A stretch of DNA of 61,353 bases, filler included, from Gemmatimonadota bacterium (GTDB lineage: Bacteria; 4572-55; J002): NCBI GenBank assembly GCA_003697105.1. It is 3 parts of 3 records of this genome, joined end to end, with 100 filler letters (N's around TTAATTAATTAA, not from the genome) between each part and the next. Parts side by side here need not be neighbours in the genome. Positions count along the whole stretch, not along the records: positions 37,798 to 61,353 come from RFFQ01000184.1; 2 more parts are not named here. One strand, given 5' to 3'. Under the pieces are notes generated by a model that saw only the letters and a list, made by a program, of their open reading frames with translations, had not been told where the DNA came from and ran no database searches. Below, piece by piece: positions 47,441 through 56,921 of this stretch. Both the position numbers and the translations under genes were made by a program. Every line of letters begins with the position of its first letter. Positions within the stretch are counted from its first letter, which is position 1.

Positions 47441-48028
47441 TTATTTTTGTTTAACCTGTTGGATGACGTTGGCGATGGTCGAAAAGGGATCAGTGGTGAT
47501 ATTCGGAATCTCAACCACATATTTGCTCTCCAAAAAGAGCGGGAAATGCGGCTTTTTCGGGGTGAGCACCAGATGAATGAAGGGGATATTTTGCTGGCTC
47601 AGTTCGATCAATACCCGGGCGAGGTCGTTATCGCGCCAAGGCTCCACATGCCCGGTCACGATCAATCCGGTTTCAAAAGTGCAAGTCATCCCCGAAATAA
47701 GCGCGTTCCAATCATCAAAAATGGAAAGCTGGTAATCCTGCATCAAATGGGTTTTGGTTTGTTCGGCAAATTCAGCGTCTTCCCGGTGATAGCCAAGGAA
47801 GGCATCAAAATGATGCTCGGGGGCACTCTGTTTGGTTATTGGGGGAGTGGCATTTAGTTGCTGGATTATTTTCAGTTCCCGCTGAAGTTCCTTGAGTTCG
47901 GATTCCGTTGATTCGATTTGCTTTGCCAGCTTAAATTTAAGGGCGGAATCCGTTTCGTGAATATAGGCTTGTCGTAGCCGGGTTAATTTCTCGTTTAGAA
48001 GCTCGTGAAGATCGCCTCGTTTATTCAT
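47441..48028 (-). CDS. TIR-like domain protein with N-terminal helical hairpin
   Basis: FDAFLGYHREDAEFA...IFDDWNALISG matches the bacterial TIR N-terminus; GAGGTGG RBS before ATG 48028. Confidence 0.7.
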   Translation of the reverse strand: MNKRGDLHELLNEKLTRLRQAYIHETDSALKFKLAKQIESTESELKELQRELKIIQQLNATPPITKQSAPEHHFDAFLGYHREDAEFAEQTKTHLMQDYQLSIFDDWNALISGMTCTFETGLIVTGHVEPWRDNDLARVLIELSQQNIPFIHLVLTPKKPHFPLFLESKYVVEIPNITTDPFSTIANVIQQVKQK

Positions 48029-48113
48029 GTTCCACCTCAGTTTCCTCAAATACGTTCCGCGCTATTTCATTTTCTCATTGTAAACCGGTGGCGGATGCTT
48101 GTCAACGGAAATA

Positions 48114-48986
48114 TTACCGGACAAAATTGCGGTGTCGTAAATAGTTGAGAATTAAATCTTCAAAAGGGATGTTCGTGGTAGCGCGAATATGCCGGATGCC
48201 TCGTTTCCGGCAATAAGATTCAATTTCATTACAAAATGCTTGCACCGTCCGGCGATAGGCATTGAGGGTGCGTTCCCCGGTGCTAATTTCGCAGGTTTCC
48301 CCGGTTTCCGCATCCGTCAGTTTGAGATCGCCGGTAACGGTGGGGTTTATCTCTTCCGGGCTGAGCAGATGGATGGTGAAGACCTCAAAGTTACGGTGTA
48401 GAAACCGTTTGAGTGCCATCTGGTAGCCCTGCGGGTCTAAAAAGTCGGAAATCAGAAGAGCCACACCGGTGCGCTTGATGCGTAAACTGTAGTCTGCGGC
48501 GGCGCGATGTAGATTTGTACCGTCCTTGGGTTCAAGTTGTTCCAGCTCTTTCAATATTCGGAAAATCTGCCCCTTACCGCGCACGGGGGGGATCATTCGT
48601 ACCAATTTTGCATTGAACGTTGCGACACTAACCCGGTCAAGGTTCACTAAGCTGATATAGGCAAGGGCGGCGGCGATTTTAGCGGCATATTCCAGTTTGG
48701 TAGGTGTTCCAAAATTCATGGAAGCGCTGGTATCGATCAGGATATACACATGAAGGTCTTCTTCCTCTAAAAACAACTTGAGAAAGAGCCGTTCCAACCG
48801 CCCAAAGATATTCCAATCCACATAGCGGAAGTCATCGCCAACCGAATAGGTTTTATAATCGGCAAATTCGACACTATGTCCCCAGCGGGAGCTCCGACGT
48901 TCCCCCGACGTTGCTCCGCGATGAATTTGTTTGGAAAGTAGGGTTAATCGTTCAAGTTTGGCTAAAAAATCGGCATCCAGTACCAT
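48114..48986 (-). CDS. DUF58 family protein
   Basis: SVEFADYKTY, GDDFRYVDWN, IDTSASM, LISDFL. Confidence 0.92.
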   Translation of the reverse strand: MVLDADFLAKLERLTLLSKQIHRGATSGERRSSRWGHSVEFADYKTYSVGDDFRYVDWNIFGRLERLFLKLFLEEEDLHVYILIDTSASMNFGTPTKLEYAAKIAAALAYISLVNLDRVSVATFNAKLVRMIPPVRGKGQIFRILKELEQLEPKDGTNLHRAAADYSLRIKRTGVALLISDFLDPQGYQMALKRFLHRNFEVFTIHLLSPEEINPTVTGDLKLTDAETGETCEISTGERTLNAYRRTVQAFCNEIESYCRKRGIRHIRATTNIPFEDLILNYLRHRNFVR

Positions 48987-49308
48987 AGACCGCTCCCGCA
49001 AAAGATGGCAAGAGACAAAGACACCTGCTAAACCTAGTTATTAACTCTCGTAAAATCAAGGATAAAGGTCGATTATTCCAGTGGAAAAAACCGTTGACGC
49101 TGACCCTGTTTTACCGTATTATTTTAGATACACTTTAATTTTCATCAGGGTACTTTCCAATCATCCATTTTATTTTTACCCTCATTTTTCCACCACGTAT
49201 CACGTTTGTTCATGTGTCTAGGATGTGTTGGAAGGCACATCACCGATATCTATAATAACTCACAAGTTTTGTTTAATCCCACTATAACGCTAAAGGAGGT
49301 ATCTCTTC

Positions 49309-50367
49309 ATGAAAAATGCCCTCCATTGGGCAAGAGCAATCCTGACGATCTGTTCTATTTTATTTTTCGTTTTGCTACTCAATGATGGTTCTTCAATGGG
49401 TGCCGTTATCGGGTTTATTGTCGGATTCGCTATCGCTATCACAATCATTAGCATTGAAATGATTTTTGCAAAGTTGACGGCAAAACAGATCGCATTTGGA
49501 CTTTTTGGCTTATTAGCAGGATTGCTCGTTGCAAATTTACTGGGTTATACCATTATCCATATTACGCAATTGCAAACCACTGAAGCGATCCAATCTGGTT
49601 TATTGATCGCGTTTAATCTCTGCTTTGCCTATTTAGGCATTATTACCGGCATTCGGAAACGTGATGAGTTTCGGATTTCACCTTTTTTTCAGGGAGCAGG
49701 TGGTGCGAGTTCAAGTAAAGTGCTGGATACGAGTGTCATTATCGATGGGCGTATTGCCGACATCTGTGAAACTGGCTTTTTAGAAGGCACGCTGTTGATC
49801 CCCAAATTTGTTCTGCAGGAATTGCAATATATTGCGGATTCTGCGGATGCCCTCAAACGCAACCGTGGGCGACGCGGCTTAGATATTCTCAAAAAAATTC
49901 AGGAACAAAATGACGTGGCGGTGGTGATCGATGATCGCGATTTCCCGGATTTGAAAGAAGTCGATTCCAAATTGGTCAAATTGGCAGAGACCATCAAAGG
50001 AAAAATTTTAACCAACGATTTCAATCTGAATAAAGTCGCCGAATTGCACGGTGTACCGGTGCTCAACATCAATGAATTAGCGAATGCATTAAAACCGGTC
50101 GTCTTACCCAATGAAGAAATGCGCATCCGGTTGATGAAACGCGGTAAAGAATACGATCAAGGGGTGGGCTATCTGGAAGATGGCACCATGGTTGTGGTGG
50201 ATGAAGCCCGCAATTATATTGGTAAAACCGTGGATGTTGTAGTGACGAGCGTACTCCAAACGACTGCTGGACGGATGATCTTCTCCAAACTAAAAAGCAC
50301 TGATAGCAGTTCCTCCGGGACAGGACAATCCACCGGTGGTTCCAATTGGAACACGTCCCGCTACTAA
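49309..50367 (+). CDS. PIN/TRAM domain membrane protein (YacL-like)
   Basis: 4 TMs, LDTSVIIDGRI, RGRRGLD, TNDFNLNKVA, GVGYLEDGTMVVV, QTTAGRMIF. Confidence 0.93.
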   Translation: MKNALHWARAILTICSILFFVLLLNDGSSMGAVIGFIVGFAIAITIISIEMIFAKLTAKQIAFGLFGLLAGLLVANLLGYTIIHITQLQTTEAIQSGLLIAFNLCFAYLGIITGIRKRDEFRISPFFQGAGGASSSKVLDTSVIIDGRIADICETGFLEGTLLIPKFVLQELQYIADSADALKRNRGRRGLDILKKIQEQNDVAVVIDDRDFPDLKEVDSKLVKLAETIKGKILTNDFNLNKVAELHGVPVLNINELANALKPVVLPNEEMRIRLMKRGKEYDQGVGYLEDGTMVVVDEARNYIGKTVDVVVTSVLQTTAGRMIFSKLKSTDSSSSGTGQSTGGSNWNTSRY

Positions 50368-50415
50368 AAGAGAGACGCTTTTGAGAGTATAATGGGACCA
50401 TCCAAAGTTGCGATG

Positions 50416-50453
50416 AAAGGATGCTAGGCATAGATAAGCATCCTTTTCTTTTT
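50416..50453 (+). terminator. Intrinsic terminator
   Basis: Stem AAAGGATGCT/AGCATCCTTT followed by a T-rich tail. Confidence 0.75.
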
Positions 50454-50473
50454 GCTTGACAAGTTCGGACGTG

Positions 50474-50493
50474 TACTGTAATTATAAACAGGT
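50474..50493 (+). promoter_or_regulatory. Putative LexA operator (SOS box) over the lexA promoter
   Basis: TA-CTGT-AATTATAA-ACAG-GT (CTGT-N8-ACAG at 50476-50491), just downstream of TTGACA at 50456. Confidence 0.7.
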
Positions 50494-50520
50494 TTAACAT
50501 TCATTCAGGAGGATAATTTG

Positions 50521-51144
50521 ATGGCACGTTCGTTAGAATTAACCAAAAAGCAAAAAGCTGTGCTGAATTACATTGAAACGTACTACGCTCGCAAAGGTTT
50601 CTCTCCTACTTATGAGGAAATTGCGGAGCGTTTCGGTTTTGGCTCGTATAACTCGGTAACGGATTATATCAAAGTACTCAAGAAAAAGGGCTATCTGGAC
50701 AATGAAGCCGGCAAAAGCCGGGGAATTGTTCCAATCCGGATCGCCCGAAATTGGTCGATCCCTTTGGTCGGGACGATCACCGCCGGAGAGCCTATTGAAG
50801 CGGTGCAAAATATTGAAACGTATCTTAATTTGAGCACCATGGGCATTGATAACCGTAACGAAGATAAATTTGCCCTGCGAGTCCGGGGTAATTCGATGAT
50901 CAATCGCGGTATTCGGGATGGGGATATTGTAATTATTCGTAAACAGAAAGAAGTCGGCAAGCGGGATGTTGCCGCCGTTCGAGTTGGCAATGATGCCACC
51001 CTGAAATATGTAGAACGTACCAAAACACGAATCAAACTCGTTCCCGATAATAACCGAATGAAACCGCTCAGTTACAAGATAAGCCCGGAGCTGGACATCG
51101 AGGTTTTAGGCAAAGTGATCGGGTTATACCGGGATGGTGTGTAA
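50521..51144 (+). CDS. lexA: SOS repressor LexA
   Basis: LTKKQ...PTYEEIA winged HTH, Ala-Gly cleavage site (TAGEP), Ser (GNSM) and Lys (TLK) dyad. Confidence 0.93.
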   Translation: MARSLELTKKQKAVLNYIETYYARKGFSPTYEEIAERFGFGSYNSVTDYIKVLKKKGYLDNEAGKSRGIVPIRIARNWSIPLVGTITAGEPIEAVQNIETYLNLSTMGIDNRNEDKFALRVRGNSMINRGIRDGDIVIIRKQKEVGKRDVAAVRVGNDATLKYVERTKTRIKLVPDNNRMKPLSYKISPELDIEVLGKVIGLYRDGV

Positions 51145-51932
51145 TGGCACGGGCGACCTTATTGGCGATTGATATTGGCAATACCCATACGGTGATCGGA
51201 GTTTATCACGCCACACAATTACTTTATCTGTGGCGGATCAACAGCGACCGTGAGCGCACCGTTGATGAGGTTGGTGTATGGGTGCACGACCTTTTCCGGA
51301 TTCATACCATTGATCCGGCAACACTCCAACACGGGATTATCGCCTCCGTTGTGCCACGCTTAACCCGCACATTTACGGAGATGATGATGCGATACTTCGA
51401 TCTTTCGCCGTTGGTTGTGACACATCAAATTCCATTAGGTATTGAACTTCGCGTAGATTATCCGGCGGAAGTGGGTGCGGATCGTTTGGTCAACTCCGTC
51501 GCGGCATTGCATTTGTATGCGGATAACTGTATTGTGGTCGATTTTGGTACGGCGACCACGTTTGATGTGGTAGCGAAAGAGGGTGCATACTTGGGCGGCG
51601 TGATTTCACCCGGTATCCAGACCGCCGCCAGTAGTTTGGCGGATAATGCGGCACAACTGTACCGGGTTCCGTTGACGAAACCTCCCCGTGTAATCGGTAA
51701 AAGCACTATTGAAGCAATGCAAGCGGGTATTTTTTATGGGGCTGTAGGACAATGTGATGCCATTGTTCGCCAATTGAAGGCGGAGTGGGGTGTTGAATCC
51801 TGTAAAGTGATCGCAACGGGGGGACTCGCAACCCTTCTCGTGACCGATTCCCATGAAATCGAGACCGTACATGAGGATTTGACCTTACTTGGTTTGCGTC
51901 TGATTGCGGAGCGGAATTTCAGTACTACATAA
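51144..51932 (+). CDS. coaX: Type III pantothenate kinase
   Basis: IDIGNT, ASVVP, VGADR, VDFGTATT, GGVISPG, ATGG. Confidence 0.95.
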   Translation: MARATLLAIDIGNTHTVIGVYHATQLLYLWRINSDRERTVDEVGVWVHDLFRIHTIDPATLQHGIIASVVPRLTRTFTEMMMRYFDLSPLVVTHQIPLGIELRVDYPAEVGADRLVNSVAALHLYADNCIVVDFGTATTFDVVAKEGAYLGGVISPGIQTAASSLADNAAQLYRVPLTKPPRVIGKSTIEAMQAGIFYGAVGQCDAIVRQLKAEWGVESCKVIATGGLATLLVTDSHEIETVHEDLTLLGLRLIAERNFSTT

Positions 51933-51958
51933 TCCTTAAGCTGGTGTTTCCCCAATTG

Positions 51959-51994
51959 AAAACCCTGACCGGTTCATAGCCGAGAGGGTTTTTG
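51959..51994 (+). terminator. Probable intrinsic terminator
   Basis: AAAACCCT...AGGGTTTTT inverted repeat after coaX. Confidence 0.55.
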
Positions 51995-52171
51995 TAGTTT
52001 TAAACCGCCGGTGTTCCGCCGGCATCTGTCTAACCCTAATTTTATGCACCCCGCCACGTGTGTTACTCTCTGCGCTTGACAATTTGTGGTGGCAATGCTA
52101 AGTTCACCCCTCAATTATCTCCGAGGCAAGCGGTGTTTAACTTTTTACTTTTATCTGAAAGGGTTTTATTG

Positions 52172-54301
52172 ATGAATATCGGGTTGAAAAGGAGCATAGT
52201 GATGATGGGAGTCACGCTTTTCCCGCTAATGTTGTTTGCAGATGACCAAATCGTACCACCCATTGCTCCCCAAATTCCGTATGTGGATACACTGTTTGGG
52301 GAGATTCGGACAGACCCGTACCATTGGTTGCGCGATCGAGAGAATCCAGAAGTTATCCGCTATCTGGAAGCAGAAAATCAATACACAGAAGCCATGACCC
52401 AGCACACTGCCGGTCTGCAAGAAACCTTATTTCAGGAGATGAAATCGCGGATTAAAGAGACGGATGAATCGGTACCGGTACATTTGGATGATTATTTTTA
52501 CTATTGGCGGGAGGAAGAAGGGCAACAGTATGCAATTTACTGCCGTAAAAAAGGTGGGTTGGATGCCCCAGAAGAAATTTTGCTCAATGAAAATCAATTG
52601 GCGAAAGGGCATGATTTTTTTGATCTTGGTACTGCCCGAGTTAGTACCGATCACAACCTGCTGGTATTTGCGGTAGATACAACCGGATATGAACAATATA
52701 CCTTGTATATCAAGGATTTGCGTGCGGGGATGCTCCTACCGGATCGGATACCGCATACCAGTGGCAATGTGCGTTGGGCAACAGATAATCAAACCCTTTT
52801 TTATACCACATTAGATGAAACCCAGCGCCCGTACCGGTTGTACCGTCACCGGTTGGGCACCGATCCCGCTCAGGATACGCTACTGTACCAAGAAGATGAC
52901 GGCGCCTTTTTCGCCGCTATTACCCGTTCCAAAAGTAAAAAATATCTTTTCTTAACGCTGAATAGTAAGACGACCTCCGAGGTACACTACCTCCCCGCCG
53001 GGAATCCAAGTGGCACATTTACGGTGATACACGCACGCGAACCGGAATTGGAATATGATGTGGAACATCACGGGGATTATTTTTACATCTTGACCAATGC
53101 GGATGATGCCAGAAATTACAAATTGATGAGAACCCCCGTGGATCAACCTGAACGGGATCACTGGGAAACCGTCATTCCCCACCGGGATTCAGTTCGGATT
53201 GATGATATTGAAGTGTTTCAGGATTATTTGGTGATTGTAGAACGGGAAAATGGTATAACCCAACTGCGAATCCGGCATTTAGAACGTGGGGAGGAACACT
53301 TCATTGCCTTTCCTGAACCAAGTTACACCTGCTACTTGCGGGATAATCCCACTTTCGAGACTACAAAACTACGTTTTGTGTATTCCTCATTTTTGACTCC
53401 CCCATCCGTTTTTGATTACGATATGGCAACCCAGGAGCGTACCTTACTGAAACAACGGGAGGTTCTTGGCGGATTTAACCCGGATAATTACCGTGCCGAG
53501 CGCATCTGGGCAACCGCACAGGATGGTACACGTATCCCCATTTCGTTGATGTATGCCGCCACCGATCCCGGGCAACACGACCGGACACCTCATCCCCTCT
53601 ATTTGACGGGATACGGGGCGTACAGTGACAACTATGACCCCTATTTTTCGTCCAACCGGTTGAGTTTAGTCGATCGGGGATTTGTGTATGCCATCGCACA
53701 CATTCGAGGTGGCGGTGAAATGGGGCGGGATTGGTACGATGCCGGACGGCTGTTGAACAAAAAAAATAGCTTCACGGATTTTATCGCTTGTGCCGAACAT
53801 CTGATTACCACCGGATATACGTCGTCCGATCAACTGGTGATTAGTGGCGGGAGTGCGGGCGGTTTGCTGATGGGTGCCGTGACCAACATGCGCCCCGACT
53901 TGTTCCAGATTGTCGTGGCTGAGGTGCCTTTTGTGGATGTGCTCAACACGATGCTAGACCCTACCATCCCGTTAACGATCACGGAATACGATGAGTGGGG
54001 TAACCCACAGGAGCGTATCTATTATGATTACATCCGTTCTTACTCGCCCTATGACAACGTCACGGCGCAAGCATATCCCCACATGATCGTTACGGCCGGA
54101 TTAAACGATTCACGGGTAGGCTATTGGGAACCGGCAAAGTGGGTAGCAAAATTGCGCTCGCTCAAAACGGATGATCATTTGCTGATCCTAAAGACCAATA
54201 TGGGCGCAGGTCATGGGGGAGCATCGGGGCGATACGATTATTTGCGGGAAATCGCTTTTGAATATGCGGTCATCTTGGATTTGCTCGGTATGGCGGAATG
54301 A
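52172..54301 (+). CDS. ptrB: S9A family oligopeptidase B, with likely signal peptide
   Basis: DPYHWLRD, YLEAEN, HIRGGGEMG, GGSAGG nucleophile, EYDEWGNP, DSRV, AGHGG. Confidence 0.92.
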   Translation: MNIGLKRSIVMMGVTLFPLMLFADDQIVPPIAPQIPYVDTLFGEIRTDPYHWLRDRENPEVIRYLEAENQYTEAMTQHTAGLQETLFQEMKSRIKETDESVPVHLDDYFYYWREEEGQQYAIYCRKKGGLDAPEEILLNENQLAKGHDFFDLGTARVSTDHNLLVFAVDTTGYEQYTLYIKDLRAGMLLPDRIPHTSGNVRWATDNQTLFYTTLDETQRPYRLYRHRLGTDPAQDTLLYQEDDGAFFAAITRSKSKKYLFLTLNSKTTSEVHYLPAGNPSGTFTVIHAREPELEYDVEHHGDYFYILTNADDARNYKLMRTPVDQPERDHWETVIPHRDSVRIDDIEVFQDYLVIVERENGITQLRIRHLERGEEHFIAFPEPSYTCYLRDNPTFETTKLRFVYSSFLTPPSVFDYDMATQERTLLKQREVLGGFNPDNYRAERIWATAQDGTRIPISLMYAATDPGQHDRTPHPLYLTGYGAYSDNYDPYFSSNRLSLVDRGFVYAIAHIRGGGEMGRDWYDAGRLLNKKNSFTDFIACAEHLITTGYTSSDQLVISGGSAGGLLMGAVTNMRPDLFQIVVAEVPFVDVLNTMLDPTIPLTITEYDEWGNPQERIYYDYIRSYSPYDNVTAQAYPHMIVTAGLNDSRVGYWEPAKWVAKLRSLKTDDHLLILKTNMGAGHGGASGRYDYLREIAFEYAVILDLLGMAE

Positions 54302-54383
54302 AAAAAGCCTAAAAAAGTACTTTCACCGGAAAAACGCCGGTGGCGAACCCGCAGATCAACGCTCCATTCCCGAAAATACCGCT

Positions 54384-55472
54384 TTAATGGTGTTCCGCCT
54401 CGAACGTTTTGACCCACTCCCGAATTTCCGCACGATCCGAGGCATGGACAAAGGAGTTATACACCTTAAAGAAGTTCCCTTTATCGACAATTTGGGGATA
54501 GACCATCTTACATGCCATGACCCGGTTGGTGCTATGGACAAAGGTCTCTAAAATATCGATCACCTGATCAACCGTGTAGTAATTATGCGTGGAAGCATCC
54601 TCTAAAATATTGAGCCGGTTTCGCTCGAAAGGTTCATTTTCCAGCACGGCGAGTAAAGCGGTGAAATCTGCGGGTCGCATTGCCTCCCGGATTTCAAGGG
54701 GATCGAAATCGGGTAAAACGGGATCCGCGGTAACGGGAATCGGGGTAATTTTTTGTTCGTAAAACCGGTGATTGCGATAGATAAGATGCGTCCGGTAGCC
54801 CCCCCGAACCTGAACTGTCGTTTCAGCTATTATGGACCCGCCATAGCCCCGTTCGGGTAGGAAAAGTTGAATCTGATGGGCACCGGCAAGAATATCACAA
54901 ATGACGGTACCCTTCCGATTTGGCATCACCCGGACACCATTGATTAAGAGGAAGGTCGCGCGGTCGTCGTCCAATCTCAATTCGAGTTGCCCGCGTTCTC
55001 TGGAGGTGTTTTCGGGAAGGTGTGACCGAACTAAAACGGTGCTAAGTTTATTGGCAAGTTCTGCCACTGCCAGATCCATTTGGTCTAAATGGTCTGCCCG
55101 GGCGCTCACGCCCGAACCGGGCAAAAACTGCCCCGTAGCAACCTCCACCACCCGTGCATCCAACCGAATGACTCGCCCTAAATTGACAAAGGACCCCATC
55201 ACAATCCGGTCGGGTGTCAAGGCTTTGGTGACCTGAATTGCTTTTGCCGGAGTGCTGGCTGTTTGGGAGCGTAACGCATCCCGGTTGAGCAGAAGCAGTG
55301 CCTCATGTTTACTCAGTTCGGTCACCAGCATATCGGCAATGGCTTCGCTCAGATAATCATATTGAAATGTACCGTTATTCTCAAAATCCAGTACGGCTAT
55401 ACGGGACGGCGCTGGTATGGCGGTTGCCCCGCTAAAAAGGGTCACGAGAACAACCCATGCTAGGATTCGCAT
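54384..55472 (-). CDS. Secreted protein with CsgG/FlgO-like N-terminal domain and DUF4476-like C-terminal domain
   Basis: RIAVLDFEN...LVTEL...RLDARVVEVATG; C-terminal MRPADF...YPQIVDKGNFFKV. Confidence 0.65.
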   Translation of the reverse strand: MRILAWVVLVTLFSGATAIPAPSRIAVLDFENNGTFQYDYLSEAIADMLVTELSKHEALLLLNRDALRSQTASTPAKAIQVTKALTPDRIVMGSFVNLGRVIRLDARVVEVATGQFLPGSGVSARADHLDQMDLAVAELANKLSTVLVRSHLPENTSRERGQLELRLDDDRATFLLINGVRVMPNRKGTVICDILAGAHQIQLFLPERGYGGSIIAETTVQVRGGYRTHLIYRNHRFYEQKITPIPVTADPVLPDFDPLEIREAMRPADFTALLAVLENEPFERNRLNILEDASTHNYYTVDQVIDILETFVHSTNRVMACKMVYPQIVDKGNFFKVYNSFVHASDRAEIREWVKTFEAEHH

Positions 55473-55475
55473 GTT

Positions 55476-56897
55476 TTACTCTTCTTCTATGTATGCCATT
55501 CCGATCTGCTTTAGATGTTCCAGATCGGTGGTGTTGCTTGCTTCTACGTACAGCCGAACCACCGGTTCTGTACCGGACAGCCGGATCAACATCCAACGGG
55601 AATCATCAAAAATGAATTTGGTACCATCAATGGTAACAACCTTTTCGACGGTCAACTCTCCGAAGCGGGTTGGCGGTGTTTTTAGTTTTTCCCGGACGGA
55701 TGCCATCCGTTGCGGGGTCAGATGCAGATTCACCCGTTCGTTGAGCACCGTACCGGTTTTTGCGTATAGGTCTTTCAACTGTTGGGAGAGCGTTTTGCCG
55801 CTCACGGCGACCATCTCCGCCGCCAAAAGGCATGCCAAAATACCATCTTTTTCCGGGACATGGTGACGGATGGTCAAACCGGCGCTCTCTTCCCCGCCAA
55901 TGGTGATCGCATCTTTGCTGATTAAATCCCCAATCCATTTAAAGCCGACCGGTGTTTCGTGTAGTTCAATACCATGCTGTTGGGCAACTTTATCAACCAA
56001 CTGGCTGGTGGCGACGGATCGAGCCGCGCCTTTTTTCCAACCACGTGTGGTGATCAAGTGATCCAGAGCCATCGCTAAAAACGCATTGGGATTGATGAAT
56101 GTTCCGCCATTATCGACGATGCCGTAGCGGTCGGCATCACCATCGACCGCCAAACCCAAGTGGTAAGAGCGATCGCGCATGATATTGAGCATCTCTTTGA
56201 GGGTTTCGGGGGAAGGTTCGGGTTGCGCCCCGCCAAACAGCGGGTCTCGAAAGTCATGCACCACTGTAATTTCGCACCCGGCACGTTCCAGCAGGGTGGA
56301 AAGATACCCCCGTCCCGCTCCGTACAACGGGTCAACGACGATCTTCAAATTCGCGTTTTGAATGGCATCCACATCAATTTTGTCCAGAACCGCCGCAAAA
56401 TAATCTTCACGGGGGTCGATCCGTGTCAGCAGGCCTTCCGCTGTGGCATCCTCAACGGATTTAATCTGGAATTCCGGGTGTTGCATCAGCTCGTTTGCCC
56501 GTCGCTCAATCTGCCGGGTGGTTTCCGGTAAGGCGGGACCTCCCCAAGCCGGTGAAAATTTCAGCCCGTTGTATTCCGGTGGATTATGGCTGGCAGTAAA
56601 ATTGATGCCACCGGCTGCTTTCCGGCGCAAAATCTCAAACGCAATCGTTGGAGTCGGGGTCGCCCGGTCACAGATAAATACGGGGATACCATTGCCACAC
56701 AAGATTTCCGCCGTGGTGTGGGCAAAATTTTCGGACATAAAGCGGCTATCATAACCAATCACTACGCCACCGGCAGGATTTTCGGTTTTTTTGATGTAAT
56801 CGGCGATCGCTTGGGAAACGACCCGCACATTATGAAAGGTAAATTCATCTGCGATAATTGCCCGCCAACCGGACGTTCCAAATTTGATTGTAGCCAT
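55476..56897 (-). CDS. Phosphoglucomutase/phosphomannomutase family protein
   Basis: KFGTSGWR, TASHNP, DGDADR, GGEESAG, SGTEP. Confidence 0.95.
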   Translation of the reverse strand: MATIKFGTSGWRAIIADEFTFHNVRVVSQAIADYIKKTENPAGGVVIGYDSRFMSENFAHTTAEILCGNGIPVFICDRATPTPTIAFEILRRKAAGGINFTASHNPPEYNGLKFSPAWGGPALPETTRQIERRANELMQHPEFQIKSVEDATAEGLLTRIDPREDYFAAVLDKIDVDAIQNANLKIVVDPLYGAGRGYLSTLLERAGCEITVVHDFRDPLFGGAQPEPSPETLKEMLNIMRDRSYHLGLAVDGDADRYGIVDNGGTFINPNAFLAMALDHLITTRGWKKGAARSVATSQLVDKVAQQHGIELHETPVGFKWIGDLISKDAITIGGEESAGLTIRHHVPEKDGILACLLAAEMVAVSGKTLSQQLKDLYAKTGTVLNERVNLHLTPQRMASVREKLKTPPTRFGELTVEKVVTIDGTKFIFDDSRWMLIRLSGTEPVVRLYVEASNTTDLEHLKQIGMAYIEEE

Positions 56898-56921
56898 TGT
56901 CCTCTCCTGTTAAGCTCGGAT

